Below, piece by piece: positions 1-15,387 of a stretch of DNA of 64,000 nucleotides (positions are counted from its first letter, which is position 1; every line of letters begins with the position of its first letter). Location: NCBI GenBank assembly GCA_964016885.1, contig OZ024760.1, positions 13,020,001-13,084,000 on the forward strand, written 5' to 3'. Both the position numbers and the translations under genes were made by a program. Origin of the DNA: Eledone cirrhosa. Taxonomy: Eukaryota. The notes beneath the pieces are model-generated. The model saw nothing but the letters and a program-made list of their open reading frames with translations. It had not been told where the DNA came from and did no database searches.

Positions 1-58
<58 letters not shown>

Positions 59-210
59 TGTGTGTGTGTGCGTTTGTGCGTGTGCGTGTGTGCGTCCTTA
101 TCTGATGACCCTGTGATAAATTGATGAAACTCCGGAGTAACAAGACTCACTTAAAATAAATGAATATTAAAACTCTACTTCTGTATTGAGTACACACACA
201 CACACACACA

Positions 211-436
211 CATGTATATACATACAAACACATACACACAAACACACACACATGTATATACATACAAACACATACACACAAACACACACACATGTATATA
301 CATACAAACACATACACACAAACACACACACATGTATATACATACAAACACATACACACAAACACACACACATGTATATACATACAAACACATACACACA
401 AACACACACACATGTATATACATACAAACACATACT
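211..436. repeat. 40-bp minisatellite
   Basis: catgtatatacatacaaacacatacacacaaacacacaca x ~5.6. Confidence 0.9.
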
Positions 437-1074
437 CTACACCATTATCATCTTCACGTGATCTCAACGGTGCGATTACGGTATCCCCCCCCCCCACACA
501 CACACACACACTACAGAAACCACCACCACCACCACTACTACAGGAACAACAACAATAATGATTTCTTTAACAACAACAACAACAACAAACCATATGACCC
601 AATCAACAAATTATTGTCAACCTCAGTAAATTCTTCGTGTCCTTGGGAATATATTGTTGTTGTTGTTATTGTTGTCATTGTTGTTATTGTCATTGTTGTT
701 GTTGTTATTGTTATTGTCGTTGTTGGTGGTGGTGACTGTGGTAATAATGATGATGGTGATGGTGGTGGTGGTGCTGAACTTGGCTTAAATGTCGTTTCCG
801 CCCATTATACCTTGTGTACAATATCTCCACTTTAGATGCTGTTGTTATTGTTGTTGTTGTTGCTGCTATTATATATCTACATAATACCATTAAATGCAGT
901 TAACGATGAGTTTCTGTAGGGGATCACCCCCCACCCCCACCCAAACCTCACAATCAAATAAAGTACTCAATACGTTTGTAGAGAAGAAGCATATTTTATA
1001 CAGAATGAACTTCTACAGGATTATGAATGTTAAATTTTTATGGAATCTTTGTATGATTTCATACAACTAAAACA

Positions 1075-1342
1075 GTTCTAGTCCTGGTATGGACATGTAA
1101 TGCGCATGGAGGATGACCGCTGGTTAAAGAAGTGCCAAGAAATCCCAGTAGAAGGAAGATGCAGTAGAGGTAGACCACGTAAAACATGGGCGGAGGTGGT
1201 GAGAGCAGATCTCAGATCGCTGAAACTCACCGAGGAGATGACGAAGGACCGTGACAAGTGGAGAGATGCTGTGCTGAATAGGACCCGTCCAACCCTTGCA
1301 AGCATGGAAAAGCGGACGTAAAATGATGATGATGATGATGAT
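1075..1342 (+). mobile_element. RTE-clade LINE 3' fragment with (GAT)n tail; 3' tip also at 16615-16683
   Basis: WYGHVMRMEDDRWLKKC...GRCSRGRPRKTWAEVVRADL...DRDKWR. Confidence 0.85.
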
Positions 1343-1359
1343 ATATATATATCATCATC

Positions 1360-1540
1360 ATTTTTTCCAATTCCAACCAGCCCGTCCCTTCAATCTATCT
1401 TATTTCTCATTCTTTCTTCTGATGAATGACTAGCGTCCGAAACGTTAAGACCCTCTTCCTGCTGTATCAAGCGTTAACCTAATATATCCCTTCTATATAC
1501 TGTACCAATTGTGTTGTTATTTCTGTTTACCTTTTTCATG
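1360..1540 (+). mobile_element. PLE-like 3' fragment, family A, HHR at 1415-1450
   Basis: tctt-CTGATGA-atGAC tagc GTCc-GAAACGTT-aaga; homologous to 13420-13560(-), 22335-22492 and 63185-63322. Confidence 0.7.
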
Positions 1541-1576
<36 letters not shown>

Positions 1577-1769
1577 TATGTATACGTACATACATATATG
1601 TGTACAGACGTACAGTAGTATGTATATATATATACATACATGCACACATATATATATATATGTACGTATGGATTCACCGAACATTTATTATAATGCTCGG
1701 TGTGTTTGTAAACAAACATCCCAAATTAAGCCGTACAGTGTCTAGCAACCATCGTTGCTCATTTGTTCA

Positions 1770-1817
<48 letters not shown>

Positions 1818-2030
1818 GTATATATACATGTATATATATATATACATACGTATATATACATATACATACATATATATACATACGTATATATACATACATA
1901 CGTATATATACATATATATAATTGGTGTGGGATGCTTAAAGCGTCTGTAAGCGGTAGGCCGTTTGAGCACTCGATGGTCTTACAGAGCAGAGTATAATAT
2001 CACATAAGAAACGGAGAATCAGTGTGTGTG

Positions 2031-2094
<64 letters not shown>

Positions 2095-2832
2095 ATTTTA
2101 TAATAAAAACAGATTTAAGTTATTCAACCGTCAGTGAATCGAGAGGTTTCGTATTAAAATCAACTTCCTCGCGGAATTCACATACCACAGCACGTGTGCT
2201 ACCAGATGTAGCTTTGTATATCTATTTTATCAAACTGTAAAGAACATTAACTGGTGTGAATTTTTGCTGGTTTTTTTTGGTTGTTTTTTACTTCTCGTTT
2301 TTTTTTATATTTTGAGGGAGGTGGAACGGAGTGGTGGGAGCGGTTTAAAATTAGGACAATGTCCGGTTTGTTTCAGTTTTATTTTGCAACTAGTTTTCAA
2401 TGGACTAATACTACCAATATCCTTCATCAACCAAGATAAAAAGTGATAGGATTACACCAAAGTAATATTATTAGGGAATTAAACCTGCGCAATAAATATC
2501 TTGCATCCGTTCTTGTGTTCTTCAAAGATCTGAGATCAAATATTGGTCTGGAATTTTATAATAATCCACACCAACTGATGTAGAAGTAGTAGCAGTAATA
2601 TGCTGAAGGTAATTTGAGCGATTATATAACTTTGATAGGTTTGGGCCAGTATTTGCCCAGGCCATGTCTAACTTAATAGATATATATTATACATATATAG
2701 ATACATACAAACATATATACATATATATGCGCATACATACAAACATATATATATATAACTTTTCCAGATCATATATATATATATATATTAAATCTGGAAA
2801 AGTTTATAGAGAGAGAGAGAGAGAGAGAGAAA

Positions 2833-3043
2833 TATAGGAAAAGAGTCAGGACCCCGACGGCAGAGCTCCGGACGTTTCGACAGCTAGATCCGAACGGATC
2901 AGTTCGGATCTAGCTGTCGAAACGGCCGGAGCTCTGCCGTCGGTGTCCTGAATCTTTTCATATTACCCACTCTACTACCTTAAGTGTCGAGTACTCGGTG
3001 TGTAATTGTCCACCTGGTATCTTACTACACTTTGTATCCACAC
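2833..3043 (+). mobile_element. Fold-back insert, family B
   Basis: Inverted arms around a loop at 2896-2901; GAAACGGC...GCCGTC; shared tail tattacccactctactacc...ccacctgg. Confidence 0.7.
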
Positions 3044-3328
3044 CTTCTCCGACTTGGATTTTCTGTCTTCAACTTCGTCGCACATTCCTCGATTTGTTGG
3101 CTTGATTTTCGTTATTTTTCTCTTTTCTTCCTTTTTTCCCGTTCTACTTTCCTTCCCTCCATCCTCCGTTTTCCCAATAACTTACCTAGTTATTGAACGC
3201 TCTGAGGGGGGGGGGTATATTGTCTTTAATCCGTTGAAATATCCGAGCCCCCCCCCCCCCCTCCAGTAGACAACTGATGAGGAAAATTCCCCGCCAGTTC
3301 TTACTTTCTTCTTATTCCTATGTTTAAG

Positions 3329-3370
<42 letters not shown>

Positions 3371-3529
3371 AACAAAAGATGGTTAAAAGAGTTCCATGTA
3401 TTTTATTATGCGCATTTCAAAAACAAATATCATCATGCAATAATATTTGTGTTTTCATCAGATAAAACAGGAAGACATGATATGAAGGTTAAAAAACACT
3501 TGTGGATAGTGCAGTTTTAAATCAACATA

Positions 3530-3643
3530 TTAAATCATATTTGTTCTTATATATTATGTATACTCCAGTCCTACAAACTGTAGAGTGCTTCTTATCCGAT
3601 ATCTGCATTGCTTTATTGTACTACAATAAAACTCACCTCCTAC
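3530..3643 (+). repeat. Dispersed repeat, second copy at ~58176-58292, both ending in (TA)n
   Basis: Near-identical tatact(c/g)cagtcctacaaactgtagagtgc...aataaaactcacctcctac. Confidence 0.7.
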
Positions 3644-3696
3644 ATATATATATAAATTTCTACAAATTTCATACTTGACGACCCAATATATATATG

Positions 3697-3732
<36 letters not shown>

Positions 3733-3740
3733 CATATATA

Positions 3741-3832
3741 TATTGGGTCGTCAAGTATGAAATTTGTAGACATTTGTAGACATTTTTTTTTCTACAAGTT
3801 CCTACAAATTTCACACTTGACGACCCAAAATA
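3741..3832. mobile_element. Mariner-like MITE; single TIR at 3654-3686, decayed copy at 62237-62297
   Basis: TA-TTGGGTCGTCAAGTATGAAATTTGTAG ... CTACAAATTTCACACTTGACGACCCAA in TA context. Confidence 0.55.
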
Positions 3833-4076
3833 TATATATATATATATATATTATTTAGGTTTGTTGGTTTACCACTGGATATATATATATATATATATAG
3901 TCTGGAAAAGTTGATAAGGACGGGTTTTGAACTGAGAACGCAGACAACCAGAACGAGTCTCGCGTACCTTTCTATCCGTCATTCTAACAACTTTGCCAAT
4001 TTGCCGCCCATTCACTAAGCCGAAAGATAGATACAGGATTCCCGTTGGTCCACAATCATTACTGGGCCGTTGTGTG

Positions 4077-4165
<89 letters not shown>

Positions 4166-4276
4166 TATATATATATATATAAAATGTGTATATATTATAT
4201 ATATATATAATGTATATATACATATATATATATATATAAAATGTGTATATATTATATATATATATAATGTATATAT

Positions 4277-4317
<41 letters not shown>

Positions 4318-4395
4318 CATACACGCTTTGATTACCTGCATAGGGTACATTTATAGAATGCTGTTGAAGTGTGTATATATTTTAGGAGAACCTTG

Positions 4396-4452
<57 letters not shown>

Positions 4453-4630
4453 CTGTGTGTATGTGTGTGTATGTGTGTGTCTGTGTGCGTGTATATATGA
4501 GGTGTTAAAATACCTTACAATACTTATCTTTGAATTGCTGTGTAAGACGATGTGGAACTGTGGTTGAAAGCGCGGCTATATATATATATATATATATATA
4601 TATGAATGTATGTATATGTATGTACGTATA

Positions 4631-4705
<75 letters not shown>

Positions 4706-5351
4706 TTAGCAGCTTCCTAGATATCTGACATACAAAAAAAAACAAAACAAAAAAACCCAACTAAACTATCTTGAAATGTAGGCCAACTTTTCATAAAAGA
4801 CGCCACTATTCCACACAGCTTGTTCTTCTTCTTCAATTCTTTCTTTTCCTTCCGTATTTCCTCCTCATTCTCGTCCTTGTTTTATCCCCCTTCCCGACAC
4901 ACAGACACTTTTTTCTCATCGTTTTTTTTTTTTTGTGGGATGGGGGGGGGGGGGGTTGTAGGCTTAAAGTGGGGACTAGTGTTTCGCTTAGCTTTTCTTT
5001 CTATTCTCACTCACTCACTCACTCACTCACTCACTCACTCACTCACTCTTTCTCTCTCCCTGTCTGTGTCTCTCACTCTTTCTTTCTCTCTCTCTCTCTC
5101 TCTGTCCCCCCCCCCCCCTCTCTCTCTCTCCACCATGATGGCTTACTTTCTTCTTACTATCCTACCGAAATATATATTTACTATTTACTAGAAATACTGA
5201 AATCTGTGGAGACTGCTCTCTTTATAACTGCCAGGAGTTTTCGTCTGGTAGATAGTATCAGCAATGGAAAGTATGGAAACATTGTTACCTTGGTCCAATT
5301 CTACTCAATACGCGAATTAAATCTGTGATCTTGTGCCTCTAGATAGAAACC

Positions 5352-5545
5352 ATGGTGAATCGGTAGAGAGTCGAACGCCATGCTTTGATGCATAGAGTTA
5401 CGGCCCTTGCCATTCTGAGTTCAAATCCCGTCGAGGTTAACTTTGCCTTTCATCCTTACGGGGTCGATAAAATAAAGTACCAGTAATGTACTGGGGTAAT
5501 TGCTGGCCTTGTGCCAATAGATAGAAACCCTTATTATTATTATTA
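5352..5545 (+). mobile_element. SINE copy with (ATT)n tail
   Basis: Same consensus as 21606-21790. Confidence 0.8.
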
Positions 5546-5681
5546 TTACATCAGTGTTTCCCAGACAAAGTTTGCACAACATTTGGTTATCAACAGACAA
5601 CAGAAAAGAAATTGTTGTTTATTTTAACTGTTGCACTGTTGTTTCAATATCAAACCAAACACATGTTGGTTTTTGTCTATA

Positions 5682-5737
<56 letters not shown>

Positions 5738-6903
5738 TGTGTGTGTGTCTGTGTGTATATGTGTGTACATAGAGATATTGCATGAAAGACTGACATTATA
5801 TATATATATATATATGTGTGTATGCATGTATGTATATATATATATATACATCCATACATATACATACATATACATACATATATATAAAATACTTATGTGC
5901 ACATAATTGATGCGCAAATACATAAATACATACATATACATTTGATTTTTTTGGTTTTTCTTTATTATTGTTGTTGTTGTTGTGTAATATGTATTACGTA
6001 GATGTAAAGTGAAGGAATGGAGAAAGAATTGTCTAACGAAGCCATAAAAGTTGCTGACTATACTGAGAATCAGACCAACCTGAAACGGTTCATTGAATAT
6101 ATTCCTCCAGTTTAACTCTCCATACTCTTCAATGTCCTTTCAACCATATATATGTGTTTTACGTTCATTCTTTGTTCATATCGCATAACAGCAGAGGCAT
6201 ATCTAAGGGTATGGTAAGCATGGCCCGGGCCATGGGCTCCAGTTGGGCTAGGGAGTACTTTCTATGAAAGACAGATAGGCTATATCGTCGGAGAGTAAAA
6301 AAAGAAACTTCTTGAGATGTTTGGTCTGCCTTTGATTACCATGAGCTGAGAAGAAGTACTAAGGTGGGTGGATCGTTAAACCATTTATATAAATTATTTA
6401 TTATATTTGGGGCAGGGGCGCAATTTTCACTAAGTTACGCCTTTGCCTGTAACATAGCGGTTCGACAAGTAGGGATCAATAAAATAAGTGCTAAAACTCC
6501 AAACTCGAAAAGTATATTAAAAAAATATATAAAAAAATATAAATAAATAAAAATAAAAATAAATTAATTAATTAAAATTTACTGGGGATTATTATACGAG
6601 CAACTAATATCCTTTGAAGTCGGTGCCCCAGTATGGCCGAGATGAAATGACTGGAATCATCTAAATATATTTTGTAATTATATATTTATATTTCAGATGT
6701 GAATTGATGTTAAGAGTTAAGTTGAAATATCAAAGCTATTAACGTCTTTCGTGTCATATAAGAACAGGGTAAGATAGAAATTGTAATATAATGGTGATGG
6801 TGGTGGCGGTGGTCTTAGTGGTGGTGGTGGTGGTGGTGGAGGATATTTTGGTTGTGATGATAGTGATAGTAATGGTGGCGGAGATATATTTATACATATT
6901 TAT

Positions 6904-6947
<44 letters not shown>

Positions 6948-7063
6948 GTGTGTGTGTGTGATGAGTGTAAGTTCGGTGTCTAAATTGTTTTATTTCAGCA
7001 AAATGCATTGTATGACATTTTAGTTTATATGACATTTTAAATGTTTTTGACAAGATTCTAAGC

Positions 7064-7104
<41 letters not shown>

Positions 7105-7870
7105 AATAAAATAACAAGGACGATTGGTTAGTCCTTCATTACGTTTATTGGTTGGTGATGCGCGTTTCGCCACTGATCAGCTCAAGGTTCGATCTGTATC
7201 GATCTATAAAATCCCAGGATATATATATATATATATGTAGTTGTTTGATTCCAGTGTTAATTAATTTTCTGTTTTAATTGGTTGTCACCACAATCAATAA
7301 CTCATGGTGTAATTGATGTAAAGCACTCAACGTCGTTTGCACCTAGTTTTTGTGTATGAGGGTCCTTCTAAACATGAAGTGCCCCGAGGGTCCCCATAAG
7401 GCCATAAATCCAACTTTGAGTAAGACTATTAGTCAATTTAGTATCCTACACTCACCGTGTCAGAGGCTACAGTGGCTGATGAAACAGTCTTCTGCCAGAC
7501 AGAATGTTGGCTTTCTTATCAATTCAGTCAGTCGTTACTATCGTTACACATCGTTTATTTACAGAAATACTTCCGACTTTAACTACACTAACGCCCTCTA
7601 CATTCAGGGCAGGAGTTCAACGTTTTATTCCTCGTGGTGCTAAAAATAAAGAAAATCACCCCCACCCCATCCCTCAGCCTTTTGATAATATTTCATTTGA
7701 TAAGGGAGATAACTAGAGTGAACATACCTCCTCTCTCTCTCTCTCTCTCTCTCTCTCCAGACACACATGATATATATATATACCACACACGCACACACAG
7801 TACATATATATATATACATTTACATACATTACACATACACATACACACGTTCATACAATATATATATATA

Positions 7871-8272
<402 letters not shown>

Positions 8273-8579
8273 GTCTATGTATGTATACTGTATTTTGTTT
8301 GTGTGTATACCTGTATTATAATGTGTGTCTGTCTGTCTGTCTGTCTGTGTCTGTCTGTGTGTATGTATGTGTGTGTGTGTGTGTGTTACCATTTAGTTGT
8401 AGTAGTGACCCAGCTCTCAATGGGATCACCTCATTTGGACAATGGTTTCATCTGAAACAAGTAAATAAGTGAAGAAACAGGAAAGTAGAAAAGTAATTAG
8501 AAGTGGAAGCAAGTATTAATGGGGGAAGATGAAAGATTAGAGGAAACAACAAGTTAAACGGGAACAGCAGCAATTAGCA

Positions 8580-9060
8580 ATAGAAGTGGACCTTTATAAG
8601 TAGATAGAGCCATTGGTAGCACCAGGGGTGAGCTACAGAACGAGGCTCTTTATAAGTAGATAGAGCCATTGGTTGTACCAGGGTGAGTTACAGAACGAGG
8701 CCTTCAGAACGAGCTACAGAAGTGTGACTTTAGAAGTAGATATGAGGGTTCCTTGGTACAGCCGGAGGTGAGCTACAGAAGGTGGCCTTCATAAGTAGAT
8801 AGAGCCATTATTAATACCAGGGTCAAGCTACAGAATGAGGGCTTTAAAAGCAGATATGAGAGCCATAAGTAGTACCAGAGACGAGCCAGAGCAATATGGC
8901 TTTACAACAAATATGAGGGAGAGCTTAACAAGTTGAAATGAGGCTTCCTTGGTAGTACCAGATGTGAGTTACAGAACGAGGGCTTTGCGAGGTGATATGA
9001 GAGCCTTTGGGAGTGCCAGGGACGAGCAGCAGGAGGAGGGCTTTAAAAGGAGATATTAGA
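8580..9060. repeat. Degenerate ~55-60-bp minisatellite
   Basis: Recurrent agtagatagagccattggtagtaccaggg..gagctacagaacgagg. Confidence 0.7.
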
Positions 9061-9262
9061 TACATACACGCATCAGTGGAGTAATTACTCTACGAAAAGA
9101 TCTCATTTCAGGAATTTCATTAAATCTGTTTTGATCGACGTCAGACCATCTTTATCATTACTTTCATAGAACCAGTAATGATGAGATGAGGAGTTTTGGG
9201 GAGGACATTGACATGATGATGATAATGATGATGATTGCCATTAGCAGGAGGTGGTAGTGCGC

Positions 9263-9309
<47 letters not shown>

Positions 9310-9377
9310 GACAAAGAGAGAGATAGTGAAATAGATACGTATTTCTGCATGTAACAGATATATATACACATATCTGT

Positions 9378-9446
<69 letters not shown>

Positions 9447-10430
9447 TGTATGTATGTATGTATGTATGTATGTATGTATGTATGTATGTATGTATGTATA
9501 TATACTTATTTTCACAAGAGTGAAACTAAGACTGTGCAACAGCCTTACGCATTCGTCTTTTATTTTGATCTTGAACAATATATATATATACACACACACA
9601 CATTATATATACATACAGGTTTATATATATATATATATATACAATACATCCCAACATTCATACATGTTTATATATATATATATAAATACACACACATACA
9701 TACATATATATATATAAATACACACACATACATACATATATATATATAATATACACACAATACATACATATATATATAATATACACATAATACATACATG
9801 TTTATATATATACACACAATACATACATGTTTATATATATACACACAATACATGCATGTTTATATATATATACACACAATACATGCATGTTTATATATAT
9901 ATACACACAATACATGCATGTTTATATATATATACACACAATACATGCATGTTTATATATATATATACACAATACATCCCACAAGACAGTGCTGTCAGAC
10001 TAAAGTACGAGTAACCCTTCAAAGATTCTGAGATGCTGAGACGATCTAGATTGCCTCAATTTGGAAGGTCAGAAATGGGAGCTATTACTTGAAACCGTTG
10101 TTAAACCAAACGCAGACATTTGGTTGCGACGCACACTAAGTCACTTGTAAAACATCTGATGTTATGTATGGTGGTAGACCTAGATAGATGGCGACACCGA
10201 GAGAGGGGTGGGGGAGGGGGTAGATAGAGAGTGGGATATCTAGATAGGGAGAGGGAGATAGATAGATAGAGATAGAGAGAGAGAGAGGAAGATAGACAGA
10301 TAGACAGGGGGGAGGAGATAGATAGATAGAGGGGGGAGAGGGAGATAGATATGTTTCTTTATTAGCCACAGGGGCACAAAAGAAGGGGACAAATACAAAG
10401 GGGGAAGTTTACAGAGGGAGATAGATAGAT

Positions 10431-10469
<39 letters not shown>

Positions 10470-10517
10470 AGAGAGAGGAGATAGATAGATAGATAGAGAG
10501 GGGGGAGAGCAGAATAG

Positions 10518-10549
<32 letters not shown>

Positions 10550-10655
10550 CTTATATATATGTAACTTATATAATATATATATATAACTTTCGCGCTCTCT
10601 CTATCTATCTATATACATATCTCTCTCTATATATAGCTCTCTCTCTCTCTCATAT

Positions 10656-10697
<42 letters not shown>

Positions 10698-11178
10698 TTA
10701 TATATAAATATATATATATACAGAGAGAGAGAAAATAAACATTTGCGGCCTTTTATTTTAGCTGTAGTGTTATCTTTCCTTTTTTTTTGGTGGGGGGTGG
10801 GGTATTTCTGTGTTTTATACACAATTGGAGGTGGGTGGGGTGGGAATGTGTGTGTGTGTGTGTCCGTGCGTCTGTGTGTATGTGTGTGTGTGTGTGTGTG
10901 TTTTGTGCACAATTGAAGCAAGGGGTGGGGTGGTTAGGGATAGTGTGTGTGTGTGTGTGTATATGTGTCTCTGTATGTGTATGAGTGTGTGTTTCTGCAT
11001 ATCAGTATGGGTATAATTCCGTATGTCTGTGTATGTGTGTGTGTATGTGTATGTGTATGTGTGTGTGTATGTGTATGTGTGTGTGTATGTGTATGTGTGT
11101 ATATTACCGCATGTCAGTGTATGTGTTTGTGTGTGTTTCTAAATGCCCATGAATGTGTGTGTATATTTCCGCATGTCA

Positions 11179-11211
<33 letters not shown>

Positions 11212-11542
11212 AATATGTGTATGTGTGTGTATGTATGTGTGTTTCCGTATATCAATATATGTACATTTCCTAATGTCTGTGTATATGTGTGAATGTGCAT
11301 ATGTGTATGTGTATGTGTGTGTGTATGTGAATGTGTACATATGTATGCATGTGTATGTTTCCGCATAAGGCTGAGGAAGCGGACCTCTGCGAATAACTTG
11401 CTCATATGTGTGTATGTGTCTGTATGTGTATATATATGTATGTGTACGTGTGTATATGTATATGTCTATCTATGTGTATGTGTGTATGTTTCCGCATATG
11501 AAGCTAGGAAGTGGATCTCACAAAAGTCTATTGTCATTTTCA

Positions 11543-11591
<49 letters not shown>

Positions 11592-11984
11592 CAAAATTAA
11601 ATTAAACAACAACAACAACTTCCAAATACCCCCCCCCCCCCCCCCCCACCCGGGCCCGTATGAAGAACCTACGTCGCACAGCCGATTACAACATCTGGTT
11701 CCTCTTAAATTTAATTGAAATGGAAGACAACATTCTACCTGGGTAGCACGGAAGTTACATAGCAACGAGCTCGCTCTCTATCTCACACACACATATGTGT
11801 ATATATATATATATTTATCTATACATACACTATTACTCTCTCTCATATATATATATATTAAAATATATTAAAATATTTACTCGTTGTAACCCAACATTTT
11901 AAATAAAACTTTTGCATATATATATATATATATATATATACAGTGGCGGACTGGGTCTAAAAATATTGGTTTCCAGGAGATGAC

Positions 11985-12330
11985 AAGGATTGAGCCCAAG
12001 ACCAGGATCTCCACCGTCTCTGGCACCTACCACTAGGTTACTGAGACAACTACGAAAATCTACTGAAAATTCATACTTATAAACCTACTTTCAAAATATT
12101 CAATACAAAGTGCTGTGGTGTCGTTCATGTCTTTCTTAATGTTATTGCTCCAACTTAAGGTCGACTTCTAAATCATTTCGGTGTTCCATAAACTACATCC
12201 TCGTTTTGTTTCCCATCTCTCTAGATTATATTTTAACCTGTAATCCAGGTTTCATTTCTGTTGCACCTAATTTTTCCCCCTCTCTCTGTGATATTTAAAT
12301 CTACTGTTTGGGCTTACCTTATTCCTATAT
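11985..12330. repeat. Dispersed ~330-bp repeat, second copy at ~44420-44756
   Basis: Colinear similarity throughout; both contain a tRNA-like segment on the minus strand and end gggcttaccttattc-tata. Confidence 0.75.
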
Positions 12331-12333
12331 GCT

Positions 12334-12407
<74 letters not shown>

Positions 12408-12796
12408 GAGAGGGAGAGGGAGAGAGAGAGAGAGGGAGAGAGAGAGAGAGACAAGAGTTACGAAAATCATTGATATTAAATCATCGATCTCCGGATACGA
12501 TTCACCCCCAAAATCGATTTATGAGATATGTCTTAAACTGTTCACATCTTTTCATCTGTAGTGTATTCAGTAGTATATCATGAGATACACCATATATATA
12601 TATATATATATGTCTTGAACTGTTCACATCTTTTCATCTGTAGTTTATAACTACAGTGCAGTCGGCACCTTAACCCTCACCAGGTTTGGCAGTTAACATT
12701 TAAAGTAATATAAACCATCAGTTGAAAATGATATAAACCAGTGATAGAAAGTAACGTCTAAAACAACAGTTAATGTGTTATATAAGAGGCTTAAGA

Positions 12797-13178
12797 AATA
12801 ATTGTTTCTACTTTAGGCACAAGGCCAGCAATTACCCAGTGCATTACTGGTACTTTATTTTATCGACCCCGTAAGGATGAAAGGCAAAGTCAACCTCAGC
12901 GGGATTTGAACTCAGATCGTAAAGGGACGTAACTATGCTGGAAAGCATGGCGTCCGACCCTCTACTAATACTGCCAATCCACCGTTTAAGTAATAATTGT
13001 TTCTACGTTAGGCACAAGGCCAGCAATTACCCAGTGTATTACTGGTACTTTATTTTATCGACCCCGTAAGGATGAAAGGCAAAGTTAACCTCGGCGGGAT
13101 TTGAACTCAGAATGGCAAGGGCCGTAACTCTATGCACCAAAGTATGGCATCCGACACTCTACCAATACAACACCGTTT
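12797..13178 (-). mobile_element. Tandem pair of the same SINE
   Basis: Two reverse-oriented full-length copies with a repeated spacer caccgtttaagtaataat. Confidence 0.85.
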
Positions 13179-13409
13179 AAGTAATAATATACAACAGTTG
13201 CTGATGAGTTAGTAGTGAGAGGTTGTGAGCGAGGATTTATATTAGATAACAATAAATACAGTGTCTGTTTGATATCATTTGAGATGAAAGACAAAGTTGA
13301 CCTCGATGGCGAGATTTGAATTCAGAGACCAGAGAGCCGGAACGAATGTGTGTGCGCGTGCGTGCGTGTGTATGAGTGTGTGTGTGTGTGTGTATGAATA
13401 TGTGTATGG

Positions 13410-13560
13410 GTAAAAGGTAAACAGAAATAACAAAACAAACGTCACAGTACCTGGATGAAATATATTAGTTTCACGCTTGAAATAGCAGGAAGGGAGTCTT
13501 AACGTTTCGGAGAGTAGACCTTCATCAGAAAATAGAGCTAGAAATAGAAGATAAGTAGAG
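13410..13560 (-). mobile_element. PLE-like 3' fragment, family A, HHR at ~13496-13531
   Basis: Minus strand tttt-CTGATGA-aggtctactctcc-GAAACGTT-aaga, followed by the shared tail ...ttatttctgtttacctttt. Confidence 0.65.
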
Positions 13561-14517
13561 AGTGGTAAGAAGAAGGAAGAGGGGGAAATGAGCTGAAAAA
13601 AGGGGACAAAACACACACAGATGCGTAATTAGTCAGCCATCTTGGACATACATATATATCATACTACAGGCTTTCCGTCCACCAAATTCCACTGACACTT
13701 ATATGGCATTGGTCAAACCTGAGATTGTAGCAGAAGACATTTCCCCAAGATATCTCACACAGCGGGATTGAATCCCAAAACGAAGTAGATACGAAACGAA
13801 CTCCCTAATCAAACAGTCTTAACATTAATGATAATGTATGTGTATATATATCCCCTGGGGCGTATAACATAAGCGGGTGTGTAATATGAAACATATCAAC
13901 CAGTGTAAATATCCCATATAAAATGTTTTTATAATGTTACTTACAACTCCTTGTTTGGTTTTATAGATGTATCAATGCATTTGCCTCTCTCTCTCTCTCT
14001 GTTTCAATGTTAGGGGGGAGAAGGGAAAGAGTGAATGTGTGTGTTTTCTTTGAAATACTAGTCACTATAAACACATATATCTATATATATGAGCATATTT
14101 ATGTGTGTAAGTATATAATATGTGTGTGTGTATTTATATGTGTATATATATATATATACATATATATATACATATATACATATATATATATAATGTCATG
14201 CAAACACACATACCGTAACCATTTTTTTTTTCCTTGAAACAAGTGGAGTCGATCAGGTCAACATAGATGGAACCTGATCTGGTGGGCACGTGCCATGTCT
14301 TGTCTCTGTTGACAGATTAGACGTGGGTGGGTGGAGGAGGATTAGAGAGTGAGGTCGGGGAGGGGGGGATAAGGGGGAGGATGGCGAGAAGGAGATGGTG
14401 GGGGGGGAGAAGGAGAGGAGGATGGAGAGAAGAAGACAGAAGAAGAAGAAGAAGAAGAAGAAGAAGAAGAGAGGGGAGAAGAAGGGAGAGGAGAGGGGAC
14501 AGAAAGGAGAGGCGGAT

Positions 14518-14554
<37 letters not shown>

Positions 14555-15387
14555 GAGAGAGAGCTTCTCCAGGTTTCAAAACAGTCATTTTCTTCTAGTA
14601 AACACAAGAAAGAGATATAGGGGAAGAATCAACTGCAGTACATGACTGGTACCTCGGAGGATAGAAAACTGACCTCATCCGGGTTTTAATTCATATAGAG
14701 GTGAGTTTTATAAGGCACTACAATGCAAATGTAGCTGCGAATATTACAGTAACATAACTGGATAGAGAAGATGGAGAACTCAAACGATGCGGAGAGCTAA
14801 TGATACTCACCGAAGTTCCTAACAACTCTCTTGAAAAGGGATATTTGTCCGAAATATATCGGGGGTAATAAATATTTCCAAGTAATATCCAGATTCCTTC
14901 GTTTTTCGTCTTTCCTTTCCTTATACCACTTATTTTCAACTCCCTACTTCCTTATCCAGCCTTGCTACCACAATATTTATAATCCTATTTGCTTTGTAGC
15001 AACTTCATAAACCTAGTTCCTTTTTCACATTCCGGAATATCTCGAGCAAACTAAAGCACTCGTATGTATGTGTGTATACACATATAAATGTTTTTATGTA
15101 TGTGTGTATTTGTGTGCGTGTGTTTGTATACAGACATGCCCCCCCCCCAAAAAAAAAGAAAAAAAACAAACAACAAGCACTTATTTTACAAATGTGCAGA
15201 AACCAGCCGCACACCTCCTCCATATTCACTCCATCATCACTACCATTATGTCTACCCACTGAAGTAGAAAAATATGTCTGATAAACATATGTCAACTTGC
15301 TTTAGTTTTACGTGAAATTAGATGGCCTAGTGGTTAGGGTGTTGGACTCGCAACCATGAGGTCATGAGTTAAATTCTAACGGTGACA

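Noticed and set aside
3197-3295. gctctgagg...gaaatatccgagc and ctgatgaggaaaattcc as hammerheads
   Set aside because: Cores incomplete and stems not convincing.
6192-6446. hAT-like MITE
   Set aside because: Terminal similarity is weak and no 8-bp TSD is visible.
14805-14939. Possible minus-strand exon ending at a GTGAGT donor
   Set aside because: No recognisable protein and no supporting partner exons.
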